Source of the DNA: Paraspadella gotoi
Taxonomy: Eukaryota > Animalia > Chaetognatha
Assembly (NCBI GenBank): GCA_051294375.1
Contig: CM119264.1
Coordinates: forward strand, 31,314,135 to 31,378,134
Reading direction: 5' to 3'
Length of the DNA: 64,000 nucleotides
In this document: positions 35,883 through 48,935 of the stretch, in pieces
Numbering within the stretch: the first letter of the stretch is position 1
Layout: every line of letters starts with the position of its first letter
The notes under the pieces: generated by a model
What the model was told of the DNA's origin: nothing
What the model saw: the letters and a program-made list of their open reading frames with translations, nothing else
Databases searched by the model: none
Program-made: the position numbers and the translations under genes

Positions 35883-37075
35883 TTTTAGTCGGGATCTGCT
35901 TATCAGCAGATCCCGACTCTATAAATCACTTTTTATAACTCACTTTTTCGGTCCGTCGGTCCGCCCCCTCAATATTGTCGGGCACACACTTATATCAATG
36001 TCAGAACATCGAATTATGATAAATTATGCAAAAAAAATGATGTCCGTCCGTCCGTCTGTCCGTCCGTCGTCTGTCCGTCCGTCCGTCGTCCGTCCGTCCG
36101 TCCGTCCGTCCGTCCGTCCGTCCGTCCGTCCGTCCGTCCGTCCGTCCGTCCGTCCGTCCCACCTTAGCAAAAAACACCAATTACTCGTGATTGATGGATG
36201 GATTTAAATGAAATTTTGTTGTGGATAGGTAAGTGTGTGATTGAGCTGGATATTAAGTTTCGATGGAATCGTCCGAGTGGAAATGAGTTTAAATGGAAAA
36301 AAAAAAAAATATATTCACTATTTGAACACCAATTGCTCATGAGTGGATGGGCTGATTGACCTGGAATTTTTGTGTGTGGGTAGGAAAGTGTGAGTGGAAA
36401 TGAGTTTAAATGGAAAAAAACAAAAAACCTGTTTTAACTAATTGAATTATGCTTCTTTTTCCTTTTATATTAAATGTATCTGCAGGATGTATTAATAAAT
36501 CAAATAATTAATCAGTTAATTATTCAATTAGTAAATAAATTAATCAATAATTAATTAATTAGTCAATCAATCCGTCCATCCGTCCATCTTAGCAAAAAGC
36601 TCCAATAACTCGTGATTGGCTGGTTGGATTGGAATTAAATTTTGTGGTGGGGTAGGAAAGTGTGTGATAAAGCTGGATATAAAATCTCGATGGAATCGTG
36701 TGAGTGGAAATTAGTTTAAATGGAAAAAACATAAGTCGAATTTACTAAAATCTTTTACTTATTTTAACCAATAAATACTCCAATTAATCATAATTGGATG
36801 GATAGATTGAGTTGAAATTTTGTGTGTGGGTAGGAAAACGTATGACGAAGCTTGATATAAAGTTTCAGTGGAAACGTACCAGTGGAAATGAGTTTAAATG
36901 AAAAAATAATGAGTCAATTTACTTGAATCTTTTTATTTATTTTAACCCATGATAGATTGAGATGAAATTTTGTGAGCCGGTAGGAAAGTTGAGTGAAGAA
37001 GCTAGATATAAAGTTTTGACGGAAATGCAAGTTAAAAAAATTATGAAGTTGAAAAAATGATGCAAGTTAAAAAAA
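35883..37075 (+). mobile_element. Helentron/DINE-1-like family A copy 3 (its 3' end is probably at 38560-38614)
   Basis: Hairpin GTCGGGATCTGCT-tatc-AGCAGATCCCGAC, long (GTCC)n, and internal tandem units matching 9100-9500. The 3' motif GGCAGATCCGAC...CAAACTTG is at ~38580-38610. Confidence 0.6.
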
Positions 37076-37107
37076 TCTTAAAAGCATAAGGATCGTCGCT
37101 ATTGCAT

Positions 37108-37156
<49 letters not shown>

Positions 37157-37543
37157 GAGGAGAAGAGAGAGAGTGAGAGAGAGAGAGAGAGAGGAGACAT
37201 AAAATAAAAATCTTAAAAGACTCAAGATCGAGCCAGAGCCCACTATCATAGAAATTAATGAAAAAAACCGGGAAAAAAAATGAATGAATCATGCGATAAC
37301 GATTGTTGATGTACTAGTAATTGATTGAGGTAATACTAATTGATTGATGTAATAGTAATTTATTGATGTAATAGGAAATTGATTATTGATTCATTGATAA
37401 TCAATTATTGATGCGATGATAGTCATTCACTGCTGTGATGATAGTCATTCAGTGATGCGATGATTGTCATTCATTGATGCGATGATTGTCATTCATTGAT
37501 GCGATGATAGTCAATAAAACAAAACAAATGCGTGTATGAGTGA

Positions 37544-37584
<41 letters not shown>

Positions 37585-37589
37585 AAGAA

Positions 37590-37631
<42 letters not shown>

Positions 37632-37952
37632 AGAAAGAGAATAAATCCACGAAAATCTCGATGAAAATATGGGATTTTGTATTGAAAAAAAGCGCGGAAT
37701 AAATGGCAATAATAAAAAGTTTTTAGAAGGAAAAAAATAATCAGAATTTTTCAAAAAACAAACGATCACGCAAAAGATCGGACAGATAGGGAACAGACAC
37801 ACACAGAGAGACAGAGAGACGAGAGAGAGAGAGAAAAAGAGAGAGAGAGAGAGAGAACAGCCGCTGCAGAGAAAAGAGAAAGAGCGATATATAATAATTA
37901 AAAGAGAGAGAGAGAGAGAAGCTCTACAGCCCCTTTACTCGTTAAAGAATCA

Positions 37953-38037
37953 GCAGTACTTATGGCGCCGCACGTAGCGTGAGCTATTCTCTACCCAAAG
38001 GACCCGGGTTCGCGCCCTGTTCGCGGCATCGTTTTTT
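37953..38037 (+). mobile_element. tRNA-like SINE head or tRNA pseudogene
   Basis: A-box-like TGGCGCCGCACGTAG, B-box GGGTTCGCGCCC and a downstream T-run. The acceptor and anticodon stems are not canonical. Confidence 0.4.
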
Positions 38038-38074
38038 ACATTAGTGAACCCACATTATATCTAAAAAATTTTTG

Positions 38075-38119
<45 letters not shown>

Positions 38120-39120
38120 AGCTGGACAGACGCTGCAGAGCCGGAACTCGTTTTTAGAAAGAGCAGTGACGGAGAAAAAGAGAGAGAGAGAGAGAGCGAC
38201 ATATAATTAAAACGTTTTTGTTTTGTAAATAAAACATAAACAAATACCAATATTGATATGAAACATGAGAATTTAAAAGATCTTGATGATTAGAAGCCAT
38301 ATATGAAAATTCAAACTCCCTATGATATCACACTTTCAGAAGCCATGAATTGCAAAAAAGCGAGACCGAAGCTAAAGCGAAAAAAATCTAGACGGACGGC
38401 TTTGCCCGCCTTGGCTCGATAATAGAGGATATTTGTTTGTTTTGATAAAATGTAAACAAAACATTTATAACTGTCCTGACTCAATTTTAAGGACATCGAT
38501 GATGACAAGCTGAATATAAATTATAATTATTATTATTATTAATTAACTTAATCTATTAATTAATTAATTAAATTATCGTAGGCAGATCCGACATTTGTTT
38601 GCCAAACTTGTTTTGGTAAAATTTGAGTTTAAAAGATATATTTAGCTACATATCAAATCTTGCCTAATTAATAAAAAATGTCATAGTTTCTCTGTCTTAA
38701 TTATAAACCGATTCGAGTGTCTTTTGTTCGAATTCGATCTTCGATCAAAAACGAATACAATTGAAAAAAAAAAAATAAAATTTCAATATCATTTTTGGCA
38801 GAAAAATAAATTGGATTCTTAACAAAATGTAATTTTGTGTCTTTGGACTAAACGGCCTTAATTCTCACCCACTCGAGGCCGTTGGCAGCCTCACGCGCCC
38901 AGCCAACCCTCTTTAAGTCACCTTTAAGGTCACCCCTATCCCCTCGCCCTACTTCCACCCTCTCACCGAAAAGCCCCTTAGTCTCTCACATCTTTTTTTG
39001 TCTATCAGTTCTTTGCTCATTCTTATCAATCCTTCATGACACTTCTATCTTCGGCCTTATTTTCGTAAAATGCCCCATTTCGTCTAAAATTCGGGATTAA
39101 ATTATTTTTGAGGATAAAAG

Positions 39121-39660
39121 ATTAGGTTAAAAGTTAGGGTTAGGGATTAGGTTAAGGATTAGGTTAAGGATTAGGTTAAGGATTAGGTTAAGGATTTGGT
39201 TAAGGATTAGGTTAAGGATTAGGTTAAGGATTAGGTTAAAGATTAGTGTTAGCGATTAGGTTAAGGATTAGGTTAAGGATTAGGTTAAGGATTGATTGTT
39301 AAGTGTCATCTCATGCACCGAGTAGTTTGATAAAGAAAAACATCGATTTGGGAAACAGTGCTAATTTTATTTAGACCATGCATTCAAACCATTTAGCTGG
39401 TTCATTATTCAAGGCCAGGCTTGAATAATGAACCAGCTAAATGGTTTGAATGCATGGTCTAAATAAAATTAGCACTGTTTCCCAAATCGATGTTTTTCTT
39501 TAGGTTAAGGATTAGTGTTAGCGATTAGGTTATAAATTAGCGTTAGGGATTAGAGTTAAGGTGAGTGATAACCGATTACAGTTTAGTTTTAGTATTAAGG
39601 ATTAGATTAATGTTAGATAATAAGGTTAAGGATTAGAATTAAGAATTAAGTCTAAGGTTT
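39121..39660 (+). repeat. Telomere-like degenerate (TTAGGTTAAGGA)n / TTAGG(G) array
   Basis: Direct reading. A copy lies at 51800-52340 and a similar C-strand array at 59790-59990. Confidence 0.8.
39331..39502. repeat. Fold-back palindrome: 83-bp arms with a 6-nt loop (GCCAGG), inside a TTAGG-rich array
   Basis: 39331-39413 is the reverse complement of 39420-39502. A noisy second copy lies at ~52011-52190. Confidence 0.9.
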
Positions 39661-40022
39661 AATAACAAATTAAATTTGAATATTAAGCATAAAATTAAGT
39701 TCACGAATTAAAAAACAGAAATTGGGCGCAATTGAAAAAAAAAGCTCTGCTCTTTTTGCTTTTAATTGTTTCTATACTTTTCTCTATCATTTCTTTTCTC
39801 TCTCCTTCACTCATTATCTCACTTCTCTCACTTAACTTTTCTCATTCCTTATTTCATTTCTTCTATCACTCCTCTGTCACTTGACCATCATAACTTATTT
39901 TCGCTTCTCTTCTTGGGTCCGCCCCCAATCTACGAGGGAAGGAGAGGGAGAGGGAGATAGAGATNNNNNNNNNNNNNNNNNNNNNNNNNGAGAGAGAGAG
40001 AGAGAGAGGAGAGGGAGGAGAG

Positions 40023-40060
<38 letters not shown>

Positions 40061-40223
40061 TGAGAGGAGAGAGAGAGAGAAGGAGAGGATCCGCCCCACT
40101 CATCGCGGGATCTCCATTCAAAAGATTACTCAAGGCAAAATGGTAAAGAATAAGTTGGGAAAAGAAATGAAGAGAGAGAGAGACAGAGAGGGATAGAGAC
40201 AGAAATAGAGCGAGAGAGAGAAA

Positions 40224-40259
<36 letters not shown>

Positions 40260-40674
40260 AGAGAGGAGAGAGATTGCACCTTTTATATTTATGTAAAGTA
40301 TTTGATAACGAAACAACAAAAAAGAAACTCAAACATATATATATATATAATATAAATATAATTCATACCAATTTGAACATCAAAACGAAAAGAATGCCAA
40401 CGTTCGATAGACTAAAAGTTTCAGACGATTGAAAAGAATAAAAAAGGGTAAAGACAAGAAGTACAGATGGGAGAATAGAATGAAGAACAGATGGTAACAG
40501 ATGATAGAACAGATGTGAAAAACAGATGGGAGTTCAAATTGGGAGTACAGGATGAGAACAGTATGGGAATTCTCTCTCTTTTAAGCAAAAAATGGTAAAG
40601 AATAAGTTGGGAAAAGAATGAAGAGAGAGAGAGACAGAGAGGGATAGAGACAGAAATAGAGCGAGAGAGAGAAA

Positions 40675-40726
<52 letters not shown>

Positions 40727-40919
40727 CCTTTTATATTATGTAAAGTATTTGATAACGAAACAACAAAAAGAAACTCAAACATATAATATAATATAATATA
40801 ATATAATATAATATAATATAATCATACCAATTTGAACATCAAAACGAAAAGAATGCCAACGTTCGATAGACTAAAAAGTTCAGACGATGAAAAGAATAAA
40901 AAAGGGTAAAAGACAAGAA

Positions 40920-41230
40920 GTACAGATGGGAGAAGAGATGGAAGAACAGATGGGATAACAGATGAGAGAACAGATGGGAAAACAGATGGGAGTTCAAATT
41001 GGAGTACAGATTGAGGAACAGATGGGAGAACAGATGAGAGTACAGGTGGGAGAACAGATGGGAGAACCGGTGGTAGAACATATGGAAGAACAGATTGGAG
41101 AACAGATTGGAGACCAGATGGGAGAACACATGGAAAAACAGATGGAAAAACAGATGTGAGAACACATGGAAGAATAGATGGGTGACCAGATGCAAGAATA
41201 GATGGGAGAACAGATGGGAGAACAGATGGG
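40920..41230 (+). repeat. 12-bp minisatellite (GAACAGATGGGA)n
   Basis: Direct reading; copies at ~40460-40565 and ~53210-53530. Confidence 0.85.
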
Positions 41231-42289
41231 TAGTACGGCGTAGTAAAATTCCTAAGTTTAACTTTAATTAAAATTCTAAAAGTGAGGAACGAACAACATT
41301 ATACTTATGAACATTTATGCTAATTAAAAGAAAAATTTCTAATAATATTTTACAAATTTACACCGCAGTAGGCCCCTATACACATCTGTATATCTGTACT
41401 AAACCACAAAATTGTTAAAATTTCAAAAACAGTTTTTTTCTTAAGTTATCTTTTTGCCAGATTTGGATTCGTCATTAAAAAGCTTGATTAAAAAGAAAAA
41501 TAACTCTTTTGAAGTAAAAATTTCCTTCATAAAGTGGGTCAAAATTTAGATAAAAAAGCTATTATTTTAAGCTGAAAATTAACTTTTATATATTAATATA
41601 TAGTTTTTTTAATTTTTAACCCACTTAATGAAATCAATTTTTTAAAAAAAATGGAATTATATTTTCTTCTATCAACTTTTGACACGAGCGAATCTCAAAT
41701 CTGCAATCAAAAATAAGAAAGCCTATTTTGAAATTTTCGATTTATAAAGGATAGTATACTATATATAAATATTAGCTCCTACTGCGAAAATTAAAAAAAA
41801 CATAACAAATTAATTGTTTTTTTACAAATTTAAGTTCACTGAATGGTTATTTTTTTCATAATTGACTTTTAAGAATTTTCGTATTGTAACTTTTCACTAC
41901 GCCTTAATGGGTAGCGAGATTGAGGAATAGATAGCGGGATATCCGTGTTTTAAATTGGAAAGAGATTTTTGAAATGAAGGAAATTTATGGGTGAAACAGC
42001 ATGGTTGTGAGAGATAACTCATTAAGGTGAACAGATGGACGGGACACAGATGATTATAAGGAAAAGAAGAGAGGATTAATAAGGACAGGGGAAGAACGGC
42101 AGAGGAGGTAGTGAGAGATGGGAGGAGAGACGAAGGACAGGAGAGATAAAAGATTACAACTATATGATAATGATATTTGTCTTGCGATGGCCTAGTCGTC
42201 AGTCTCGTCCGTCGTCGTCGTCGGTCGTCGTTTGGAATTCGATGAAAAAAATCATCACAGACCGCAAAAAGAGTCGCGAAATTTTGAGA

Positions 42290-42337
<48 letters not shown>

Positions 42338-44321
42338 CAGCAGAGAGAGAGAGAGAGTGAGAGAAGAGAGACAAGAAAGAGAGAGAACAGTAGAGAGAGA
42401 GAGAAGAAAGAGAGGACGAGGTTACAAGAGAGAGAAGACCTGATGAAGACGAGAGAAGGAGAGGAGAAGAGGAGAGAGAAAGGATAGGAAGATGAGAGAG
42501 GCAGGGAAGATGAGAAAGACAGAAGAGAGAGAGAGACAGAAGAATAGAGAGAGAGAGACGAGTCAACGAAGAAGCGACGAGACGAGAGGGGTAAAGAGAG
42601 GGTGAGAGAGAGAGAGAAGACGTGAGAAGAGAGCAGATCTGTGCAAGAGAAGGAGCAGATGAGACGAGATGAGCCAGTGAACATAGAGACGAGAAGACTC
42701 CGACGCGATGAGACGAGGAAAAAGAACGAGATTACAACGATGAGCGAGAAGAGAACGGTAGAGAACGTACTGATATGATTTATAGGGTTAGAAATTGTGA
42801 GATTACAGAGATGGAGGTATAGAGAAGAAGTGATTTGAGAAGACTAGCGTAGAAAGTCGAGATGAGAGAGAAGAGACAGAAGAAATTTAGCGAGAAGAGA
42901 AATGGCAGAATATGCCGCACAACTAATAACTCGGAGAGAGAATTGAGGAGACGAGGGAGTGTGTTATGACGATTTGGCCACCGAGAGAGATAAGGAAGAG
43001 GAGGGGATAAATTTGACGGCGAGTTTATTCTTATACGTTTCATTTTCCGACTCTTATTACTTATTGCCGAATTTCGATTTTACTTCTTTTAGCTCGACAG
43101 AACAGACAGGAAAGACAGACAGAAAGCAAACGAAAGAAGATAGACCAGGCTGATTTTCTGAGAAAAAAAACGTTTAAAAGGAGAAAGAGAGAAAAGATCT
43201 TATGAAAGAACGAGACACGGCGTTGAAGTGCCACGGCGCCGCTGGGCAATGACAAGCGTGGCATAAATGGACACGTGTTGAACCCGAGACATTGCATCCC
43301 GCAATGACGTTCCATGGCGCTGCGTCCCTCGCATAAAGACCGATCGGTCAGAACGTCTGCCACCAATTCAATAATCAAAGCAAAAAACGGCGAACGCAAG
43401 AAATCTCTCTCACTTTTTTCCCTGATTTTTTTTGATAATTGGACGCGAAGAGGAAGAGAGGGAGGAAGAGGAAGAAAGGGAGGAAGATGAGAGGAGGGAG
43501 GAAGAGGAGGAAAGGGAGAAAGAAAGAGGAAGAGAAAGAGGAGGAGAGAGGAGAAAAGGGAGAAAGAAGAAGAGGAGGAGGAAGAGAAGAGGAAGAGGAG
43601 GAAGGTAGGAAAGAAGAAGAGAGAGAAGGAGGAAGAAGAGGCAGGAGAAAGAGGCAGGAGAGGGAAAAGGGAGGAAGAAGAAGAGATGGAGGAAGAGAGG
43701 AAGAGAAAAAAAAGAGGAAGAAAGAAAAGAGAGGAGGAAGAGGAGAAGAAGAGAGGAGGAGGAAAGAGGGAGGAAGGGTAGGAAGATGAAGAGGAGGAGA
43801 AAGAAAGAGGAGGAAGAAGAGCGAAAGAGGCGGAAGAGGCGGGAAGGAGAGAAGGGGAAGCGATGAGAATGAGGAAAGTGGGAGGCAGAGGCAGAAAAGG
43901 GAGGAAAGAAGAAGAAGAGGCAAGAGGAAGAAGAGGAAGAAAGGGAGGAAGAATTACGAGGAGGAAAGGAGGGGGACAGAGAAAATTAACTTAAAATATG
44001 ATAAAGATAATTAATTAAAATTATTTTTAATAAATATTCATATTTTTATTGAATTTAATTTATCTCAAGGGGTTTTAAGTGTGGACTCAGTCTTTTCTTT
44101 GAGTTAAATCAAAATATTTCGATATGATAATTAAAATTAGTAATGTAAGAGGTGATTGAAAGTGATGAAGCAATTTAAATGTGATGTAAGCTCATGAAAT
44201 GACTTGATGCGGTTGATTTTGGTTTTTGCATGTGATGGATAGTGATTGAACGGTGGACCTTCGCATGAGGACGGTGAAAATTGTGAGAGAAAATGGATTT
44301 TGGAAAGAATTCCGGGAAAGT

Positions 44322-44352
<31 letters not shown>

Positions 44353-46399
44353 TGAGGAAGAAGAGAAGAGAGAGAGAAAGAGGGAGAGACAGAGAGAGAG
44401 AGAGAGAGACGGAGAGAGAGAGAGAGAGAGACATCGAGAGAATACTTGGTCGAATGCGAAGAAAATGGTCGTTTTTTGCTGAACCGAATTCTGAACCTCA
44501 GGGAAGGGGGGACAGAAGAAGGGGGAAGGGGGAAAGGGGGAAGGAGGAAGGGAGAAGAGGGGAAATAGTGGGAAAGGAGGAAAGGTGAGAAGGGAGGAAG
44601 GGATTGGGGGAAAGCGGGATGGGGAAGGAGTAAAATGAGAAGGGCAAGTGGAAGGAGGTAAGGGAAAAAGGGGGAAAGGAGGATGGGGAAGGGGAATTGG
44701 GAAGGGGGATGGGGAGAAAGGGAGAAGGGTAAAATGGAAGGATAAAGGGGGATGGGGGAAAGGGGGAAGGGGAAAAGGGGGAAGGCCAAAGGGGAAGGAG
44801 TAAAAGGGAAAAAAGGGGGAAAGGGGGATGGGGGAAGGGGGGAAGGGGAAAAAATGAAAGAGGGGGAAAAAAGGGAAGGGGTGAAAGGGAGAAAGGGAGA
44901 AGGGAGGAGAGAGGAAAGAAGGTAACGAGGTAGGAGGAAAGGAGGAGGGGTTTAACGCGAGGTAAGGTAGTTATGGGGAAAAGGAGGAAAGGGAAAGAAG
45001 CATTATGGAAAGGGAGGAGGGGTAAGCGAAGCGTAAGGTAGTTATGGAAAAGGAGTCGACGCCAAGAAAGGTCATCCAAGCGAGAGGGAAGGTCGGCTCG
45101 AGGTAAGTCGAGTTAAAAGGTCATATATACCGAAAAACGGGGAAAGCGGAGACTTCTCGAAATCTTGACTTTTCCTTGATTTTTTTTATTCCATTGGTCT
45201 TTTTTTTTTTGGCGGGAAAAAGAGAATTCATATTTTGGAGAGAGTATATACTGTTGTGAAACGAATTCTTTGTGTTAGTATATACAATACATTTGTTATA
45301 CATATCAATTATACAAGGTGATAGACAGACGCGGGGTCTATTAACCCCTCCTTCTCATTCACCTCCTCTTCAATCCTGCTCCCCAGGGATTCGGCGGCCG
45401 CGTTCACGAGATTCAGTTCACCTTTCTCTCTCTTCTCCTACTGTTTCTCTCCCTTTTTTTACCCTCATGATTGTCGCCGTATAGATTTTCCTGCCGTCAA
45501 TTATATATTTTTCCCGCATCTCGTGACTTTACTTTCGGTTAGATACCTTTTCAGAGACATATATATAAAATACATTTGCTAGCTGAGTAATCTTTGGTTA
45601 ATTCGACTTGATTTTTTAAAAATCATTTGCATATTGTAGCAGTCTAGATTATTTTTATGACTATCGAATTCTTCTTCATTAGAATGTGAAAGATTATTAT
45701 TTTTAACATTAATACACATTTTCTTACGGCTGACGCGAATAGATAGATTAGTTGCTCGACTAATATGATAACTGTCCTACGTCAAAGTTCAAGTTTCTCC
45801 TAGAAATTTCACATTTCGTCATTGTCATTTCCCTGTTCGATTTTAGCCGTAAAGCGAAGAGGGAAAACGGCGGAGGAAAATTAAGTATCTGGAGTTATTT
45901 TTATTTATCTCGAAACGTCGTGGAGAGCCCAAGTTGAGTTGCTTCGCGAGCCAGCGGACCAAAACGTCTTTTAGCAAGTGGAAGTTTATATTTTAAGCTC
46001 ATATTTAATGTCACCTTTTATATTTTTAAATTCGAAATTAAATTACATTAATTGTAGCCTCGATTTCATGTGGAGAAAACATTGAAAATCCGATTACTCG
46101 TCATATTTGATTGTCTGATGATTGATGAATGAATTTACATAAATCCTTCCTAATTCTGAAACCGTCCTTTTCTCGAAACCAAAGTCAGACAACGATTATC
46201 CAAAACAAATTGTTCGAACCCACAAACTAGTTATGATATAGAAAGACGGATAAAAATTATAACATGAAATTATATTGTAAAAATTGAGCAGTAAAAACAG
46301 AACAAAAAAGTTTTAGGAAAAAAAATTCATATAAAAACGTTTTTTCCCAGTAGACCTATAGAATGATGGTTATGCCAACCCTTGTCAAAATCTCTCTCT

Positions 46400-46446
<47 letters not shown>

Positions 46447-46610
46447 CTTCTCTCTCTCTTCTCTCTCTCTCATCTCTCGCGGACTCTCTTTCTCCTTTTT
46501 CTCTATTTCGCATTTGTTAAATGCTATGGCCTGACACCATAAGGCAAATGACATCAGGTTTAACTCCTCTCAATCTCTCTCTTTTNNNNNNNNNNNNNNN
46601 NNNNNNNNNN

Positions 46611-47504
46611 CTACTTATGAACATTTATGTAATTTAAAAGAAAACATTTCTTAATAATATTTTACAAATTTTACACACCCTCGCAGTGGCCACCTATTTA
46701 CACATGCTCGTATACTCTGCTACTAAAACCAAAAAAATTTGTTTAAAAATTCAAAAACAGTTTTTGTTCTTAATAGATTTATTTTTTGCCAGATTATGGA
46801 TTTCCGTCCATTAAAAAGCTGATTAAAAAGAAAGAATAACTCTTTTTTGACAATAAAAATTTCCTTCATTAAAGTGGCTGTCAAAAATTAGAAAAAAGCT
46901 ATCTATTTTAAGCTGAAAATTAACTTTTTATATATTAAAATGATATAGTTTTTTTAATTTTTTAACCCACTTTAATGAAATTCAATTTTTAAAAAAAATG
47001 AATTATATTTTCTTTATCAACTTTTGGACACGAGCGAATTGCAAATCTGCAATCAAAAATTAAGAAAGCCTATTTTGAAATTTTCGATTTTATAAGGATA
47101 GTTACTATATATAAATATAGCCTCTACTGCGAAAATAATAAAAAACATACAAATTAACCTTTTTTTACAAATTTAATGTCACTGAATGGTTATTTTTTTC
47201 ATAATTGACTTTTAAGAATTTTCGTATGTAACTTTCACTACGCCTTAATGGGTAGAGATGAGGAATAGATAGGAGGATATCGTGTTTTAAATTGGAAAGA
47301 TATTTGAATGAAGGAAATTATGGTGAACAGATGGTGAGAGATAACTATTAAGGGGAACAGATGAGGGAACAGATGATTATAAGGAAAAAGAAGAGGAGGG
47401 AATAGAAGGAGGAGGAACGGAGGAGTAGATGGGAGGAGGAGACGAAAGGAGGAGAGATAAAGATTACAACATTTATATGATAATGATTTTGTGCGATGGT
47501 CCTA

Positions 47505-47536
<32 letters not shown>

Positions 47537-48935
47537 TGGAAATCGACTGAAAAAAAATCACTCCAGACGCAAAAAGAGTCGGCGGAATTTTGAGAAGAGA
47601 GAGAGAGAGAGAGCGGAGAGAGAGAGAGAGAGAGAGAGAGAGCAGCAGAGAGAGAGAGAGAGTGCAGAGAGAGAGAGGAAAGAAAGAGAGAGAACAGTAG
47701 AGAGAGAGAGAAGAAAGAGAGACGAGGTTACGAGAGAGTGAGAGAAAGACCCTGATGAGAGACGAGAGAGAGGAAAGAGAGAGAGAGGACGAAGAAGAAA
47801 GAGAGAGACGGAGAGGATAGGACAGAATGAGAGAGGCTTCTACGCGAGAAGAGTGAGAAAGGACAGTGAACAGAGAGAGAGAGACGAAGAGAGGAAAGAA
47901 GAGAGAGAGACGAGGCGTCGAGAGGACCGAGAGAAAGACTGACATCGAGACGAGAGGGATCGTGAGAGAGAGAGTCGGACTGAGAGAGAAGAGAGAAGAC
48001 TGCAGAAAGAGACCTGCATGAAGTCCTGTGCACGAGAGGAGAGATGAGACGAGATGACGGCCGTGAACATAGAGAACGAGAAGACCCGACGCGATACAGA
48101 CGACCGAGCGTAGAAAAGTAACAATTTTACAACCACTTTCCAGCTGGACAAGACACGTGAGAACCTGTACGTGATATATTTATATGGTGTTTTTATAAAA
48201 AATCCTTCACTTTCACAGGATAGGTATAGAGAAAGAAACGTGAGTTTTGAGAAGACTAGCGTGTCCAAAAGTCGAGTATATGAAAGAGAAGAGACAGAAG
48301 AAAAAATTATAGCCCGAGGAAGTGAGGCAGAAGATGCTGCAGTCTCTAAATTTCATCGCCTGTCACCACAAACTAAATTTGAACTCGCGGACAGAAGAGA
48401 ATCTGAGGAGACGAGGGGTGATAGTTTTTATGATCATTTTGGCCACCCAGAACGATACAGAAGAGGAGTCTCGTGGATCCAAAATTTTTGAGCCCGGCGA
48501 TGAAAGCTTTTATATTTCTTTATTCGACGTTTCATTTTTCGCTCTTTTACTTTATTGTCCCGAAATTTCGATTTTACTTGCTTTTAGTCCGACAGACAGA
48601 CAGAAAGACAACAGAAAGCAAAACGGGGAGCATAGACCAGGCTGATTTTTCTGAGAAAAAAACACGTTTTAAAAGGAGAGAAAGAGAGAAAAGATCTTGG
48701 ACCTGAAAGAACGAGGACACGGCGTTTGAAGTGACCACGGCGCCGCTGGCCAAGACAAAGCCGTGGCAATATGACACGTTGACACCCGAGAATTGCATCC
48801 CGCAATGGGACGTTCCATGGGGCGCGCGTTCCTTCGCAATAAGACCGGTCTGTCTCAAACGTCTGCACACCAATTCAGATATTCAAAGCCAAAAACGAAC
48901 GGCGACAAGAAATCTCTCTCACTTTTTCCCTCGAT
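46611..48935 (+). repeat. Partial copy C of the unit (equivalent to ~41303-43425)
   Basis: Collinear indel-rich match starting right after a 25-N gap. Confidence 0.85.

Larger units (their letters stand above)
39100..46585 (+). repeat. Copy A of a ~7 kb duplicated unit
   Basis: Collinear with 51777-58230; differences are dominated by 1-2 nt indels. Confidence 0.9.

Noticed and set aside
37953-38037. Functional tRNA gene
   Set aside because: I could not fold a canonical cloverleaf; only A/B-box-like motifs remain.
39121-39660. True telomere or chromosome-fusion site
   Set aside because: The repeats are degenerate, short, in the same orientation on both sides of the hairpin and interstitial, with no head-to-head TTAGGG/CCCTAA junction.
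40839-41195. His/Leu/Phe repeat protein or (MGEQ)n protein
   Set aside because: These are translations of a 12-bp minisatellite with no splice or codon evidence.
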